Positions 28,504 to 40,621 of a stretch of DNA of 64,000 nt are shown here, piece after piece. This stretch comes from Candidatus Latescibacterota bacterium (GTDB taxonomy: Bacteria > Latescibacterota > UBA2968 > UBA8231), in contig CBDBIJ010000015.1 in NCBI GenBank assembly GCA_965205655.1, positions 1 through 64,000 of the forward strand, read 5' to 3'. The position numbers were made by a program, and so were the translations under genes. The number at the start of each line of letters is the position of its first letter. The stretch's first letter is position 1. The notes under the pieces were generated by a model. That model did not search any database. It saw nothing but the letters and a program-made list of their open reading frames with translations, and was not told the origin of the DNA.

Positions 28504-30399
28504 CTACTCGGTCGCGTACTCCGTCAGATCAGCCAGCAGCCGCTCGGTCTCGTCCCTCACCTTCTCCAGCAGCTCGGGCGCTGAGTCGACATCGCCAGCG
28601 CGCCCGGCCAGCTCCAGCTTCAGCGCCACCTCGTGGGCCGGGTTCTCGCCGATCACCCCGACGACATTCTTGAGGGCGTGGGCATGTGCCTGCAGCTCGT
28701 CCGCGTCTCTCGAGGTGGATGGCTCGCTCCACTTTCTCAAGCGTCCCCGGATAGCTCTCTCGCATGAAGCTGATGAGCTCGCTGAGCAGGGACAGATCAC
28801 CCTCCACATGTTCGACGACCGCCTCTCTACTGAGACTCGGCTTCCCCTCCTCCCGAGTGTCAGATCCAGCGGCCGACTCGGCGATGTGTGGCAGGTGTCG
28901 GCCGACGATCTCGAGCAGCTCCTGCGGCTTGAAGGGCTTGGAAAGATAGTCGTCCATCCCCACCTACAGGCAAGATTCCTCGTCCCTCCTCATAGCCCTG
29001 GCCGTCAGGGCGACAACGGGAACGTGCTCGCCGGATTTGGCCTCTTCCTTCCTGATCAAAGCGGTGGCCTCGAATCCATCCATCACCGGCATCTGGATAT
29101 CCATCAATACGAGGTCGAAGTGGGAGTTACGAAAGGCCTCGATTGCCTCTTTGCCGTTTTCCGCGACGACCACTTTGTGCCCCCTCTGCTCGAGGATGGC
29201 CGTTGTGAGTCGCTGATTGCCAAGCATGTCCTCGGCCAGCAGGATTCGGGCCCCGGAGGGAGGGGCCTTTCCCTCCAGACCGGCATCGTGGCTGTCGCCG
29301 AGCCGGTCGTGAATTTCCTGCAGCACCTTGAAGTAGCGGTAGTCTGCCTTTGCTGGACTGATCAATCTCCCCAGGGCGACGAGCAGCTCGGACGGAAACA
29401 CCGGTTTCATCAAGCAGGAATCGATTCCGAGCTCCGCCGAGCGCGCTTCCACACCCGGCCTGTCTGCCGTGATGAGCATAATGATGTTAAGGTGCTCCAG
29501 CTCCGATCGCGCTCTGATTCTGCGGGCGACTTCCAGCCCGTCTATCTGCGGCATGCGGAGATCGACGCAGACGAACTCATAGTCGGCCGGCGCCGTCCTT
29601 CACGCAGGTTGCGTTCATACCGCCCGCGGCGAGGATGCCGTCGAGGATCGATCGATTCGTGTCGTTGTCATCGACGACGAGGATGCGCTTCCCTGCCAGG
29701 TCCCCTGTCGGGGCCGGCTCTGCCGTGTAAGCTGGCTCTGTCGGGAGGCCCAGGCGGGCTGGTAAAACGAAACGTGCTCCCCCTCGCCAGCCCGCTCTCC
29801 AGGCTCAGCTATCCCCCCATCAACTCCACCAGCTGTCTTGAAATTGCCAGGCCCAAACCGGTGCCGCCGTACTGGCGCGTCATCGACACATCGGCCTGGG
29901 AAAACGCGTCGAATATCAGAGCCCGTTTGTCCTCGGGGATTCCAATTCCCGTATCGTTGACAGCAACCTCGAGGGTCACCTCCGCCGAACTCTGGTCCTT
30001 GAGGGCGATGTCAACGAAGACCTCCCCCTCGTCCGTGAACTTGATGGCATTGCCCACGAGGTTCGTCACGATCTCTCTGACCCTGGTGGGATCGCCCACG
30101 AGCTCGAAGGGCACCTCTGGGGCGATGCGGCAGGCGAGCTCCAGCCCCTTTTCGTGTGCGCTGAGGGCTGTGCCCTTCAACGCGCCGGAGAGGAGCTCGC
30201 GCGGTGCGAATGAGACGTGCTCCAGGAGCATCTCACCGGCCTCGATCTTTGAGAAATCGAGAACATTGTTTATCAGCTGCAGGAGCGCCTCGGCCGAATC
30301 TCCTACCGTCTCCAGGTAGGTCCGCTGAGTCGAGGTGAGGGCCCCGTCGAGCGTCAACTGCGTCATGCCCATGATGGAGCTCATCGGGGTGCGGAATTC
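28504..30399 (-). pseudogene. hybrid histidine kinase (HisKA-HATPase-REC-REC-HPt), 5'-truncated and degraded
   Basis: EFRTPM, NLVGNAIKFT, DTGIGI, GGTGLGLAI, ILVVDDN, LMDIQMPVMDG, HAHALK. In-frame TAG at 29809 and 28964, frameshifts near 29760 and 28720, and an internal deletion near 29590. Confidence 0.9.
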
Positions 30400-30646
30400 A
30401 TTGAAGTACGCCTTTCCCAGGGGCGAGAAAGGTGAGATATACGTCTACCTCGGACAGACAGAGAAGGGCTATGTGCTCAAGGTCAAGGACAACGGCATCG
30501 GCTTTCCCGAGGACATAGACTTCCGCGCCTCGAAGTCTCTGGGATTGCAGTTGATCAATACCCTCGTGACCCAGCTTCAAGGCCGCATCGAAATGGACAA
30601 CCACGAAGGGACCGAATTCACGATCGAGTTCCCGGGCAAACGGTAG
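30395..30646 (+). pseudogene. orphan C-terminal HATPase fragment of a HisKA_2/HWE-type sensor kinase
   Basis: NSLKYAF, VKDNGIGFP, SLGLQLINTLVTQLQG, GTEFTIEF. No start codon or upstream domains. Confidence 0.85.
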
Positions 30647-30652
30647 TCCCGC

Positions 30653-32143
30653 TCAGGGCAGGTTCGTCTCCCCCATCAGATAGCGGTCGCACTCTCGCGC
30701 CGCGCCCCGTCCCTCGTTGATGGCCCACACCACCAGACTCTGCCCGCGACGCATGTCGCCGGCGGCGAACACGCCGCGCACGCTCGTGGCGTAGGATTCG
30801 TGTTCGGCCCTGGCGTTGGAACGCTCGTCCCTGGCGACGCCGAGCTGGTCGATCACCGCGTCTTCCGGGCCGAGGAATCCCATCGCCAGCAGGACGAGAT
30901 CGGCCGGCCACACCTTCTCGGTGCCCTCGATGGGCTTTGGACCCGGCCGGCCGTTGTCACCCGATGTCCACTCGCAGTTTAGCGTGTGCAGCTCCGCCAC
31001 GTGGCCCTCGCCGTCGCCGACGAACTTCGTCGTCATGATGAGGTACTCTCGTGGGTCCCGCCCGAACCGCGCCTTCGCCTCCTCCTGACCGTAGTCGAGC
31101 AGATACACGTTCGGCCACTCCGGCCACGGGTTGTCGACGGCGCGCTCGTCCGGTGGACGCGGCATGATTTCGAACTGGGTCAGCGTCTTGCAGCCATGCC
31201 GCATCGATGTGCCGACGCAGTCCGTGCCCGTGTCACCGCCACCGATGACGATGATGTGTCTGTCCTTCGCCGAGATGTACTCGCCGTCTTCGCGATTCGA
31301 GTCGAGCAGGCTCTTCGTGTTGGCGTGCAAGAATTCCATGGCGTAGTGGATACCACCCAACTCTCGACCCTCGATCGGCAGATCACGAGGCTTCGTCGCC
31401 CCGCCGCAGAGCACGACGGCGTCGCTGTCATCGACGAGGCGTTGAGCGGGCAGGTCCGTGCCGATTTCCGTGCTCGTGACGAACTGCACCCCCTCGGCGG
31501 CCATCAGCTGCACTCGGCGCTCCACGATTTTCTTGTCCAGTTTCATGTTGGGAATCCCGTACATGAGGAGCCCGCCGACGCGATCTGCTCGCTCATAGAC
31601 GGTGACCGCATGACCGGCGCGGTTCAGCTGAGCGGCGCAGGCCAGACCCGCCGGTCCGGACCCAACCACTGCCACCTTCTTCCCCGTGCGTTTCTCCGGC
31701 GGCTCAGCCACCACCCAACCTTCATCGAAACCGCGGTCGACGATGCTGCACTCGATGTTCTTGATCGTCACTGGCGGCTCGTTGATCCCCAGTACGCAGG
31801 CCCCTTCGCAGGGCGCCGGACACACCCGCCCGGTGAACTCGGGAAAGTTGTTCGTCTTGTGCAGCCGATCGAGCGCTTCCTCCCACAGTCCTCTGTACAC
31901 CAGGTCGTTCCACTCGGGGATCAGATTGTTGATCGGACAGCCAGAGCCCTTGTCGCTGCGACTCATGGTGGCGCCCGTGTGACAGAAGGGAACTCCGCAG
32001 TCCATGCACCGAGCCCCCTGCTCGGCGAGCTTCTCCAGGGGGTGCTGCAGATGAAACTCCTGCCAATCCCTAACTCGCCCCTCGGGAGGCCGGTCCGCCG
32101 GCAATTCCCGCTCGTACTCCATAAAGCCGGTAGGCTTGCCCAT
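30653..32143 (-). CDS. gltD: glutamate synthase small subunit
   Basis: [65 protein letters not shown]. Confidence 0.97.
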   Translation of the reverse strand: MGKPTGFMEYERELPADRPPEGRVRDWQEFHLQHPLEKLAEQGARCMDCGVPFCHTGATMSRSDKGSGCPINNLIPEWNDLVYRGLWEEALDRLHKTNNFPEFTGRVCPAPCEGACVLGINEPPVTIKNIECSIVDRGFDEGWVVAEPPEKRTGKKVAVVGSGPAGLACAAQLNRAGHAVTVYERADRVGGLLMYGIPNMKLDKKIVERRVQLMAAEGVQFVTSTEIGTDLPAQRLVDDSDAVVLCGGATKPRDLPIEGRELGGIHYAMEFLHANTKSLLDSNREDGEYISAKDRHIIVIGGGDTGTDCVGTSMRHGCKTLTQFEIMPRPPDERAVDNPWPEWPNVYLLDYGQEEAKARFGRDPREYLIMTTKFVGDGEGHVAELHTLNCEWTSGDNGRPGPKPIEGTEKVWPADLVLLAMGFLGPEDAVIDQLGVARDERSNARAEHESYATSVRGVFAAGDMRRGQSLVVWAINEGRGAARECDRYLMGETNLP

Positions 32144-32145
32144 TT

Positions 32146-35100
32146 CTAGTTTCCGCTCACTCGCGCCAGATCTGCCTTGTTTGCCTCGAACGCTTCCATC
32201 GCCGCGTCGTCCCCACTCAGCCCGGCCTCTCTCGCCCGCTCCAGTGCCAACAGCACCCTCTCGTAGTCCGTCGGCATCACCTTCAGGAACTTGCCTGCCG
32301 TCTCGTCCCAGCTGTCGAGAGCTGCGGCCGCTACATCCGATCCAGTGTACTCGCGATGTCGCTCGACCATCCCCTTCACCTCTGCCGATTCATCATCGTC
32401 GTCGAGTCGCTGCAACTTGCACATCTGCTGGTTGCAGTGATTGGCAAACTCGCCGCTCTCGTCGAGCACGTAGGCGATGCCACCCGACATACCGGCGCCG
32501 AAATTGCGGCCCGTCGGACCGAGGACAACGACGCGCCCGCCGGTCATGTACTCGCAGCCGTGGTCGCCTACCGCTTCGATGACGGCGTCAACGCCGCTGT
32601 TGCGCACGCAGAACCGCTCGCCGGCCATGCCGCGGATGTAGGCTTCGCCATTGGTGGCGCCGTAGAAGGAAACGTTGCCGACGATTATCTCGTCCCGGGG
32701 CACGAACGTCGACGAGCGCGGCGGGTACAGGATGAGCTTCCCCCCCGACAGCCCCTTGCCGAAGTAATCATTCGCATCGCCTTCAAGCTCGAGCGTCATT
32801 CCCGGCGGCACGAAGGCACCGAAGCTCTGGCCGGCCGATCCGGTGAACTTGATGTGAATGGTATCGGCCAGCAGGCCGTCTGGCCCGTGTCGCTTGGTGA
32901 TCTCGCCTCCGGTAATGGCGCCCACGACGCGGTTCGTGTTCGAGATTTGCAGCTGCGCCCTCACTTTTTCGCCCTTTTCGATCGCCGGCTTGCACAGCCC
33001 GAGGAGGGTCTCCATATCGAGGGAGCGCTCGAGACCGTGGTCTTGGGGAATCTGACAATAGCGTCCGATCTCCGCTCCCACCTCGGGCCGGTGCAGGATC
33101 TTCGAGAAGTCCAGGCCCTTCGCCTTCCAGTGGTCGGTCTTTCGCGTCCGCAGTATGTCGGTGCGGCCCACCATTTCGTTCACTGTGCGGAGACCGAGAG
33201 CGGCCATGATCTCGCGCAGATCGCGGGCGATGAAGCGCAGGAAGTTCACCACGTGTTCGGGCTTGCCGGCGAATTTCTCCCGCAGCTTCGGATTCTGTGA
33301 TGCCACGCCGACCGGACAGGTGTCCAGATGGCACACCCGCATCATGATGCAGCCCATCGCCACGAGCGCCGTCGTCGCGAAACCGAACTCTTCGGCGCCG
33401 AGCAGTGCGGCGATGGCCACGTCCCGCCCGGTCTTGAGCTGGCCGTCCGTTTCCACCACGATGCGGCTGCGCAGGTTGTTGAGCACGAGTGTCTGATGAG
33501 TGTCGGCCAGGCCCAGCTCCCACGGCAAACCCGCGTGTTTGATGCTCGTCTGTGGTGAGGCGCCGGTGCCGCCGTCGTGGCCGCTGATCAACACGACATC
33601 GGCGTGACCCTTGGCAACGCCAGCCGCGATTGTGCCAACGCCGACCTCGGAGACGAGCTTGACATTGATGCGCGCATCCTTGTTCGAATTCTTGAGGTCG
33701 TGGATGAGCTCGGCCAGATCCTCGATAGAGTAGATGTCGTGATGCGGTGGCGGTGAGATGAGGCCGACGCCTGGCGTCGATTTCCGGACTTTGGCGATCC
33801 AGGGGTAGACCTTCGACCCGGGCAGCTCTCCGCCCTCGCCAGGCTTGGCACCCTGGGCCATCTTGATCTGCAGTTCCCTGGCGTTGACGAGATAGTGGCT
33901 CGTCACTCCGAAGCGACCTGAGGCCACCTGCTTGATGGCGCTGTTGCGCGAGTCTCCGTTCGCATCCAGAACGTAGCGCGCCGGGTCCTCACCACCCTCG
34001 CCTGTGTTACTCTTGCCGCCCATGCGGTTCATGGCGACGGCGAGGCCTTCGTGCGCCTCCTTGCTGATCGAGCCGTATGACATGGCACCGCTTTTGAACC
34101 GCTTCGTGATTTCTTCAACGGATTCGACCTCGTCGATGGGAACCGTACTCCCTTCGGGGAAATCGAACTCGAGCATTCCGCGCAGAGTCGCCATCCGCAC
34201 CGACTGGTCGTCGATCAGCCCGGCATACTCCTTGTAGACTTCGTAGTCGTCGTTCCTGGCCGCCTTTTGCAGCAGGTGCACGGTCTTCGGGTTGAACAGG
34301 TGATACTCGCCGTCGCGGCGCCATTGGTAATCGCCCCCGACCTGAAGCGTGCGGCTATCGCTCTCGATCTCCGGATAGGCTTCTCGATGACGCATCTGGG
34401 CTTCAGTGGCGATGACGTCGAGACCAACGCCTTCGACCCGTGAGTCCGTCCAGGTGAAGTACCTGTCGATTACCTCCTGTTTGATTCCCACCGCTTCGAA
34501 AATCTGCGCGCCACGGTAGGATTTGAAGGTGGAGATGCCCATCTTCGACATCACCTTCACGATCCCCTTCACCACTGCCTTGTTGTAGTTGTCGCCGGCT
34601 TCCTCGAATCCCAGTTCCCCCAGCATCCCCTCGCGGATCATGTCCTCGAGAGACTCGTACACCATGTACGGGTTGATGGCGTTGGCGCCGTATCCCAGCA
34701 GCAGGCAGAAATGATGGACCTCTCGTGGCTCGCCCGACTCCACGACGAGGCCGGCTCTCGTTCGCGAGCCCCGACGGATGAGGTGGTGATGTAATCCCGA
34801 CGTGGCCAGCAGCGCCGGAATGGGCGCCCACTCATCGTCGAAATCTCTGTCGGACAACACGAGAATGGTCGCCCCGCTCTCGATGGCCGCGTCAGCGGCG
34901 GCGAAGAGCTCCTCCAGGGCCCACACTAGTCCCTTCTCTCCTTCGGACACCTCGAACAACATCGGCAGCACATCCGCCCTCAGCCCTGGACGGTCGACGC
35001 TTTTCAGCTTTTCCAGCTCCGCATCTTTCAGGATCGGCACGTTCAAGCGGAGCTGGCGACAGCTCTCCTGCTTTGGCTCCAGCAGGTTCTGCTCCGAGCC

Positions 35101-36756
35101 GAGCGTCGTCTCCGTCGCGGTGACGAGCTCTTCGCGGATTGGATCGATCGGTGGGTTTGTCACTTGGGCGAAGAGCTGTTTGAAGTAGCTGTAGAGCGGC
35201 TGGGGTCGATCGGATAGGGCGGCCAGGGCAGCGTCGTTACCCATCGATCCGGTTGGCCAGATGCCGTTTTTGGCCATCGGTGTAAAATTTACCCGCAGAT
35301 CTTCGAAGGTGAAGCCGAACACCTGTTGCCGCCGCAGAACCTCCCAGTGGTCTCGCACCACCTTCTCGTGGGCGACGTCGGGCAGATCCTCGAAGTCGAT
35401 GAGATGTTCATCCAGCCACTGCCGATAGGGGTGCTCGGTGGCGATCTGATGCTTGAGCTCCTCGTCGGCGATGATGCGGCCTTGAGATGTGTCCACCAGA
35501 AACATCCGTCCGGGCTGCAGGCGTCCTTTGTGGAGCACCTGTTCCGGAGGCACATCGAGAACACCCACTTCCGACCCCATGATGACGCGGTCGTCTTTCG
35601 TGATGTAATAGCGCGACGGCCGCAGGCCGTTCCTGTCCAACACGGCGCCGACGACCGACCCGTCGGTAAAGGCGATTGAAGCCGGCCCGTCCCACGGTTC
35701 CATGAGGCAGCTGTGATATTCGTAGAACGCCTTCTTCTCGTCTGGCATGCTCTCATGCTTCTCCCACGGCTCCGGGATCATCATCGTGACCGCGTGCGCC
35801 AGGGAGCGGCCCGAGAGGTGCAGGAACTCGAGGGCGTTGTCGAATTTGGCCGAGTCGCTGCCGTCCTCCTCGATGATCGGAAAGAGCCTGGGCAAGTCAT
35901 CGCCGAAAAGGTCGGACTGGAACATCGACTGGCGGGTGTACATCCAGTTTTCGTTGCCCCGCAACGTGTTGATTTCGCCGTTGTGGATGAGGTAGCGATA
36001 TGGGTGCGCCCGCTCCCAGCTCGGGAAGGTGTTCGTGCTGAATCTGGAGTGGACGAGCGCTATGGCCACTTCCAGGCGCGGATCGGACAGGTCGGTGAAA
36101 TACGGCTCCTCCTGGGCCGGAGTGAGCATGCCCTTGTACACGATCGTGCGGTGCGAGAGGCTGGCGACGTAGAAATACTCGTTCCCTTCGCCCCTAGCAC
36201 CGCGATGCCGGATGCCGTGACTCGCCCGCTTGCCGATCGTGTACAGCGTGCGCTCGAAGGCCAGGTCATCGGTGATAGTGGGAGAACGCTCTATGAAGAT
36301 CTGGCGAATGACCGGCTCGCACGATCTGGCAGTGTCGCCGAGGTCGGCCTCGCCTGTTGGTACCGTGCGCCAGGTGACGAGGCCCTGTCCCTCCTCATCG
36401 ACGATCTCCTCGAGCCGCTGCTCGCACGCTCTGCGTTGATGCTCGTCCGGAGGCAGAAAGACCATGCCCACGCCGTAGCGGCCCGGCCCGGGAAGGGCCA
36501 GATCCTGCTCCTCCTTCAGGACTGCCGCGAAAAAGCGATGCGGCACCTGGATGAGGACGCCGGCACCATCACCGGTGTTCGCCTCGCATCCGCGGGCGCC
36601 GCGATGATCGAGGTTGCACAGCATCGTCAGCGCATCGCGCAGGATGGCGTGGGACTTGACCCCCTTGATGTTGGCCACGAAGCCGATGCCACAGGCGTCG
36701 TGTTCATTCTTGGGATCGTACAGCCCCTGCTTCTGCGGGTAGCCGCGATAGTTCAT
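32146..36756 (-). CDS. gltB: glutamate synthase large subunit
   Basis: [60 protein letters not shown]-terminal GXGXG repeats. Confidence 0.98.
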   Translation of the reverse strand: MNYRGYPQKQGLYDPKNEHDACGIGFVANIKGVKSHAILRDALTMLCNLDHRGARGCEANTGDGAGVLIQVPHRFFAAVLKEEQDLALPGPGRYGVGMVFLPPDEHQRRACEQRLEEIVDEEGQGLVTWRTVPTGEADLGDTARSCEPVIRQIFIERSPTITDDLAFERTLYTIGKRASHGIRHRGARGEGNEYFYVASLSHRTIVYKGMLTPAQEEPYFTDLSDPRLEVAIALVHSRFSTNTFPSWERAHPYRYLIHNGEINTLRGNENWMYTRQSMFQSDLFGDDLPRLFPIIEEDGSDSAKFDNALEFLHLSGRSLAHAVTMMIPEPWEKHESMPDEKKAFYEYHSCLMEPWDGPASIAFTDGSVVGAVLDRNGLRPSRYYITKDDRVIMGSEVGVLDVPPEQVLHKGRLQPGRMFLVDTSQGRIIADEELKHQIATEHPYRQWLDEHLIDFEDLPDVAHEKVVRDHWEVLRRQQVFGFTFEDLRVNFTPMAKNGIWPTGSMGNDAALAALSDRPQPLYSYFKQLFAQVTNPPIDPIREELVTATETTLGSEQNLLEPKQESCRQLRLNVPILKDAELEKLKSVDRPGLRADVLPMLFEVSEGEKGLVWALEELFAAADAAIESGATILVLSDRDFDDEWAPIPALLATSGLHHHLIRRGSRTRAGLVVESGEPREVHHFCLLLGYGANAINPYMVYESLEDMIREGMLGELGFEEAGDNYNKAVVKGIVKVMSKMGISTFKSYRGAQIFEAVGIKQEVIDRYFTWTDSRVEGVGLDVIATEAQMRHREAYPEIESDSRTLQVGGDYQWRRDGEYHLFNPKTVHLLQKAARNDDYEVYKEYAGLIDDQSVRMATLRGMLEFDFPEGSTVPIDEVESVEEITKRFKSGAMSYGSISKEAHEGLAVAMNRMGGKSNTGEGGEDPARYVLDANGDSRNSAIKQVASGRFGVTSHYLVNARELQIKMAQGAKPGEGGELPGSKVYPWIAKVRKSTPGVGLISPPPHHDIYSIEDLAELIHDLKNSNKDARINVKLVSEVGVGTIAAGVAKGHADVVLISGHDGGTGASPQTSIKHAGLPWELGLADTHQTLVLNNLRSRIVVETDGQLKTGRDVAIAALLGAEEFGFATTALVAMGCIMMRVCHLDTCPVGVASQNPKLREKFAGKPEHVVNFLRFIARDLREIMAALGLRTVNEMVGRTDILRTRKTDHWKAKGLDFSKILHRPEVGAEIGRYCQIPQDHGLERSLDMETLLGLCKPAIEKGEKVRAQLQISNTNRVVGAITGGEITKRHGPDGLLADTIHIKFTGSAGQSFGAFVPPGMTLELEGDANDYFGKGLSGGKLILYPPRSSTFVPRDEIIVGNVSFYGATNGEAYIRGMAGERFCVRNSGVDAVIEAVGDHGCEYMTGGRVVVLGPTGRNFGAGMSGGIAYVLDESGEFANHCNQQMCKLQRLDDDDESAEVKGMVERHREYTGSDVAAAALDSWDETAGKFLKVMPTDYERVLLALERAREAGLSGDDAAMEAFEANKADLARVSGN

Positions 36757-36845
36757 GACTAGGCTGAGGCGGTGGAATTCGTCATCCGGCCTGGGTAGAG
36801 CTCCGAGCTTCCAGGACGGAATTTGTAGGGGGAAATTGAGCGATC

Positions 36846-36884
36846 AATATACACAGTGCCCGCTACGGTGTCAATCAAGATTGA
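36846..36884 (-). promoter_or_regulatory. gltBD sigma70 promoter with an overlapping inverted repeat
   Basis: TTGACA (36874-36869), 17-bp spacer, TATATT (36851-36846). TCAATC-AA-GATTGA palindrome at 36871-36884. Confidence 0.65.
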
Positions 36885-36981
36885 TCACGAAGTGGAGTCA
36901 AAATTTCCAATTCATGCTTGTTATTACCTCAGTTATGGCGTAAATTATCACTTCTGCCGATACAAATGGAGAATTCAGGAC

Positions 36982-37557
36982 ATGCCAGATTTGGACGATC
37001 AGGAGCGGCGCATCGTTCGCGCCTTGATTCGCAACCCACGCTACTCGGATAACAGGATCAGCACCCTGACGGGTATCCCCTCCCGCACCGTGAGCCGCAA
37101 GCGGGCTCGCCTCGAGAAAAATGAAGTACTGAGGTACTACACCGCCATGGACATGCAGGGCAATGGCACCTCGAGGTTCAACACCCAGCATATGATCACC
37201 ATCAAGTTCGAGCTCGGCGTCACCCGTGGTCAGATCGTCGAGGAGATCGGCAGCGAGCCCAATGTTGCCAACGTCTTCAGCGAACTCATTCGCGACAGTT
37301 TCATAGCCGAAACCGACGGCCATGTCGCGCTCGTCCTCATCATGGAAGGCGAATCCGACAGCGACGTAGCCGACAACCTCCACGGCAAGATCATTCCCTC
37401 GCTCAAAAAGAACCACGGCGACGGGTCTGTCATCGAGCTGCGCACGGTGAGATTGCTCGGCACCATCCGGCGCGAGCACAACTATCTGCCGATGGTCAAT
37501 ATGGCAGACGCCGTCCTGCGGGCGGATTGGCCGGACGAGGCGATCTTCGTTGGATGA
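36982..37557 (+). CDS. Lrp/AsnC-like transcriptional regulator, divergent from gltB
   Basis: LDDQERRIVRALIRNPRYSDNRISTLTGIPSRTVSRKRARLE wHTH. AGGA RBS. Confidence 0.8.
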   Translation: MPDLDDQERRIVRALIRNPRYSDNRISTLTGIPSRTVSRKRARLEKNEVLRYYTAMDMQGNGTSRFNTQHMITIKFELGVTRGQIVEEIGSEPNVANVFSELIRDSFIAETDGHVALVLIMEGESDSDVADNLHGKIIPSLKKNHGDGSVIELRTVRLLGTIRREHNYLPMVNMADAVLRADWPDEAIFVG

Positions 37558-37584
37558 AGCAGACCCTGCGGTCTGTTCGAAAGG

Positions 37585-38062
37585 CTACTTCGCCTCGGCG
37601 AAGCGGATCTTTAATGTCACCTGCAGATCCCGGAACAGGGCGTGGACCTCGCCCTGCTCCTTCTCGTCGGAGTTGAAGCTGGCGAACTCGGATCCAATCG
37701 CTGAAGACGGTTTCGTACTCCGTGGCGAGCGCATCCGATGTCCCGGTGAGGGTGAAGTCGAGGTAGTCGACATCGAGCCGGCCCACGTTGGCGACGAACT
37801 CGATTCTGCCGCTGAGCGTCTCCTCCAGCTCGCCTCTCAAACTCACCAGCCGCACCTGGATCGGCAGCACATCGCCGGGCCGCACCCAGTTTTTCTTAGC
37901 CTTCAGGGTGAGGGCGAAGGCTCCGTCGTCGGTGGAGCGGGTAATGCTCGAGTCGGGGTCCGAACATGCGAACAGCGCCGCCATCGCCCACAGGCACGCG
38001 GCGGATGGCAACCAGCGCTTGCGAGTGCGTCGGCCAGACCGGAAGGTCTGCGACCCCATCAT
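37585..38062 (-). CDS. putative lipoprotein, one 1-bp frameshift near 37692
   Basis: Lipobox LFAC. Removing one C from atccgag gives DWIEFASFNSDEKEQGEVHALFRDLQVTLKIRF. Confidence 0.65.
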
Positions 38063-40478
38063 CTGCGACCTCCCCCGAGCTCCGCCTCGACCTGTCCGAC
38101 TGTTTGATTGAAGATTCTTTCGAATGCCGGATAATACTGGCTGGGTGCGGTTTCGTAGAACAACTGCGCCACGGCCCGGTCGATGAGGTGGTAGCGGCGG
38201 GCCATGTCCTCGCGACTGGGAAAGAGCACCTGCAGCCCCGGCTGGAAAGCCTGTAGCGTCAGCGGCAGCTTGCTGTTGAGCTCGAGGAGCCGTTTGAGAA
38301 TAAGCGTGTGCTGCAAATGCTGGATGTCGCCATCATTCGCCAGCACGATCGTCCACTGCAAGGGACGCTCCTCCTCATCCACCGGATTTACCAGGGACAG
38401 AAAGGCCGCGAACTCCTGATCTCCCGTCGGCACAATCGTGTCCGTGACGACGGCGGATGGATAGGAGAAGGGCCTGCCCTGCCGCGGTTCAGAGTGCGCA
38501 TCGTAAGTCAGCATCACGGCCCGCTCCGGCGCGGCGAGGACGGTTTCGAGCACGTCCGTGAATGATCGGTCTACGAGATTATCGTCCCCAGTGGCCTCGA
38601 AGAAGAATACCTTTTCGAGGTCAATCTCCCTGCCGACATCGAGCTTTGCGACGATATCTCCCAACATCCTCCGCACCAGCACCTCCTCGCCGGGGATGTT
38701 GCCCTCGAGCAGTGTCTGGAATGGCTCCTTGCGCTGCAGCATGACATCCTCTGAAGCCCGGCGCTGCACGTTGCTGAGCACGTGGCTCTCCTGGATGAAC
38801 CTGAGGTCCCACACGTCGTCGTCCCTCACCCGGTAGGCATTGCGGAAGAGGGTGTAGTCGAAGCGGTCGAAAATGTCGGAATCTTTGGGAATGAGATAGC
38901 TGAAGCTGCGGGCATCGCGCGGCACGATGTGCGGCGTGATGACGACGATGACTTCGCGGCGCACGATCTCAACGTGATGACGCGAAAACAGCAGGCCGAG
39001 GTATGGAATGCTCGACAGGCCAGGCAACCCCTTCCGCGATTTCTGCTCGTTCGTCGACAGCAGGCCGCCGATGATGAACGGCGTACCGTCCGCGACTCGG
39101 ACGTAGCTCTCCACGAGTCGGTTGTCGACGATGGGCGCCACTTCGACAGACGCGACGGTCGCCTCCGATTCAGTGGCGATGGAGCTGATGATCGTCTCGA
39201 TCTGCATCGTCACCTCCGACCGCTTCCGGTCGATGCGGGGCCGCAGATTGAGAACGATGCCGACGGGAAAATACTCAATCCCCTTGATCTGGTTCGTCGA
39301 CGAGGTGGAGACCGCGGTCGTGCGCGTAAACGGAATCTGTCGCCCCACTGGATGCGCGCCTGTCGGTCGTTGAGCACGAGCACCGAGGGGCTCGACAGGA
39401 CCTCCGCATCCCCCCTCTCGGTCAGCGCTTCCAGGGTGGCGTTAAAGTTGGTGAAATTCGTGAAGGCGTCTCTGGAAAAGATGAATGTGCCCAGGCTCTT
39501 GCCGCCGGTGGTCCGTTGGAACGAGCCGCTGGCGTGCTTCTTCGATGCAGAGAAATCGACTCCCAGGTCCTGGAGGTTCGTCGTATTGATCTCGATGACG
39601 AGCGCCTCGATGACGATCTGCTGCGCGGCTACGTCGATCTGACTTTGCAACAGATTGACGAGCTCTTCCAGCTTTTCCGGTTCGTTGCGGTCGTAGACCA
39701 GCAGCAGGCGCTCCTCGGGTGCGCCCGCCGTAGTGCTGTGAAGATGTGAGCCACCCAGCATCGGCGCTCCCTCGAGGCTCTTCGAGGCTTTCGATGAGCT
39801 CCTGGCGCTCTTGCGTCCATCGAAGTCCAGCAAGCTCGTCTTTGAAGCGTTCACCACCTTGATGATCTTGGGAAGCTTCTTGCTCTTTCCCTTCACCGAT
39901 TCGAAGATCTGCTGGTCCTTCGACTTCGAAGAAAGCGAAAACTCCACCGTGTTGTAGCCCAGGGCCTTGAGCATCGCCAGGGCGCGGTCCACCTCGATAT
40001 AGCCGAGCTGGAACATCTCGTAGCCGATGTCGGGCGCTTCGGGACCATAGCTGCCGCGTTTCCGTGAGATCCGATCGACATCGTCGACGACCTCGTCGAA
40101 CACGGCGTCACTCGGTCCGTCGACCTGCGGTGCGAACAGGGCGAAGTCGTAGCCGCCTTCGACTCCTTCGATGATGGCGATCTCCATCCAGTCCGAATCT
40201 GCTGCAAATTCTCCGCCTTGATGCACGAATACGCGGGAGTCGACGACTCCGCCTCGATCGCCGAGCTTGGACCGGTTCCGGTCAGGGGCGCGGTCGTACC
40301 CCAGCGGCAGCATGATGCGCACGTCGATGGCGTCCAGGAGCTTTCGTGTCTTGGTGAGCGAGGAATGCGGAGAAGCGACAAAAACGACTCTGCTCTTCCC
40401 GCTGCTGGGGGTTGGGCCGCCAAGCGTTGTGACGAAAAGGGCGATGGTGCAGATACTGAGGTGACGCCGGTGCTTCAC
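38059..40478 (-). CDS. secretin (GspD/PilQ superfamily) with long C-terminal extension; one 1-bp frameshift near 39348
   Basis: QIVIEALVIE, VLSSPSVLVLNDRQARIQ[V]G, VGIVLNLRPRI, VADGTPFIIGGL, GLPGLSSIPYLGLLF, EVIVVITPHIV. Restoring one G (cag gtg) joins the two ORFs. Confidence 0.88.
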
Positions 40479-40621
40479 GCTCGCTCTCCGTGTGGCCGTA
40501 TCCTATTCGGACCGACCACGGGATTCAAAGAGTGGGCCCTATGCTCTTGAAAGGGCACATGTTACGCTGCCTCACCTGCGCTCTCAAGGAATCCCGTGGC
40601 GCGCGCGCGCGCACTGCGCCC

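Noticed and set aside
28964..29811. Two in-frame TAG codons as pyrrolysine or stop-codon reassignment
   Set aside because: The same gene also has frameshifts, a deletion and a 5' truncation, and TAG ends many intact genes in the window
40599..40612. (GC)7 dinucleotide run after the permease stop
   Set aside because: It is short, has no U-tract, and is plausible by chance in GC-rich DNA
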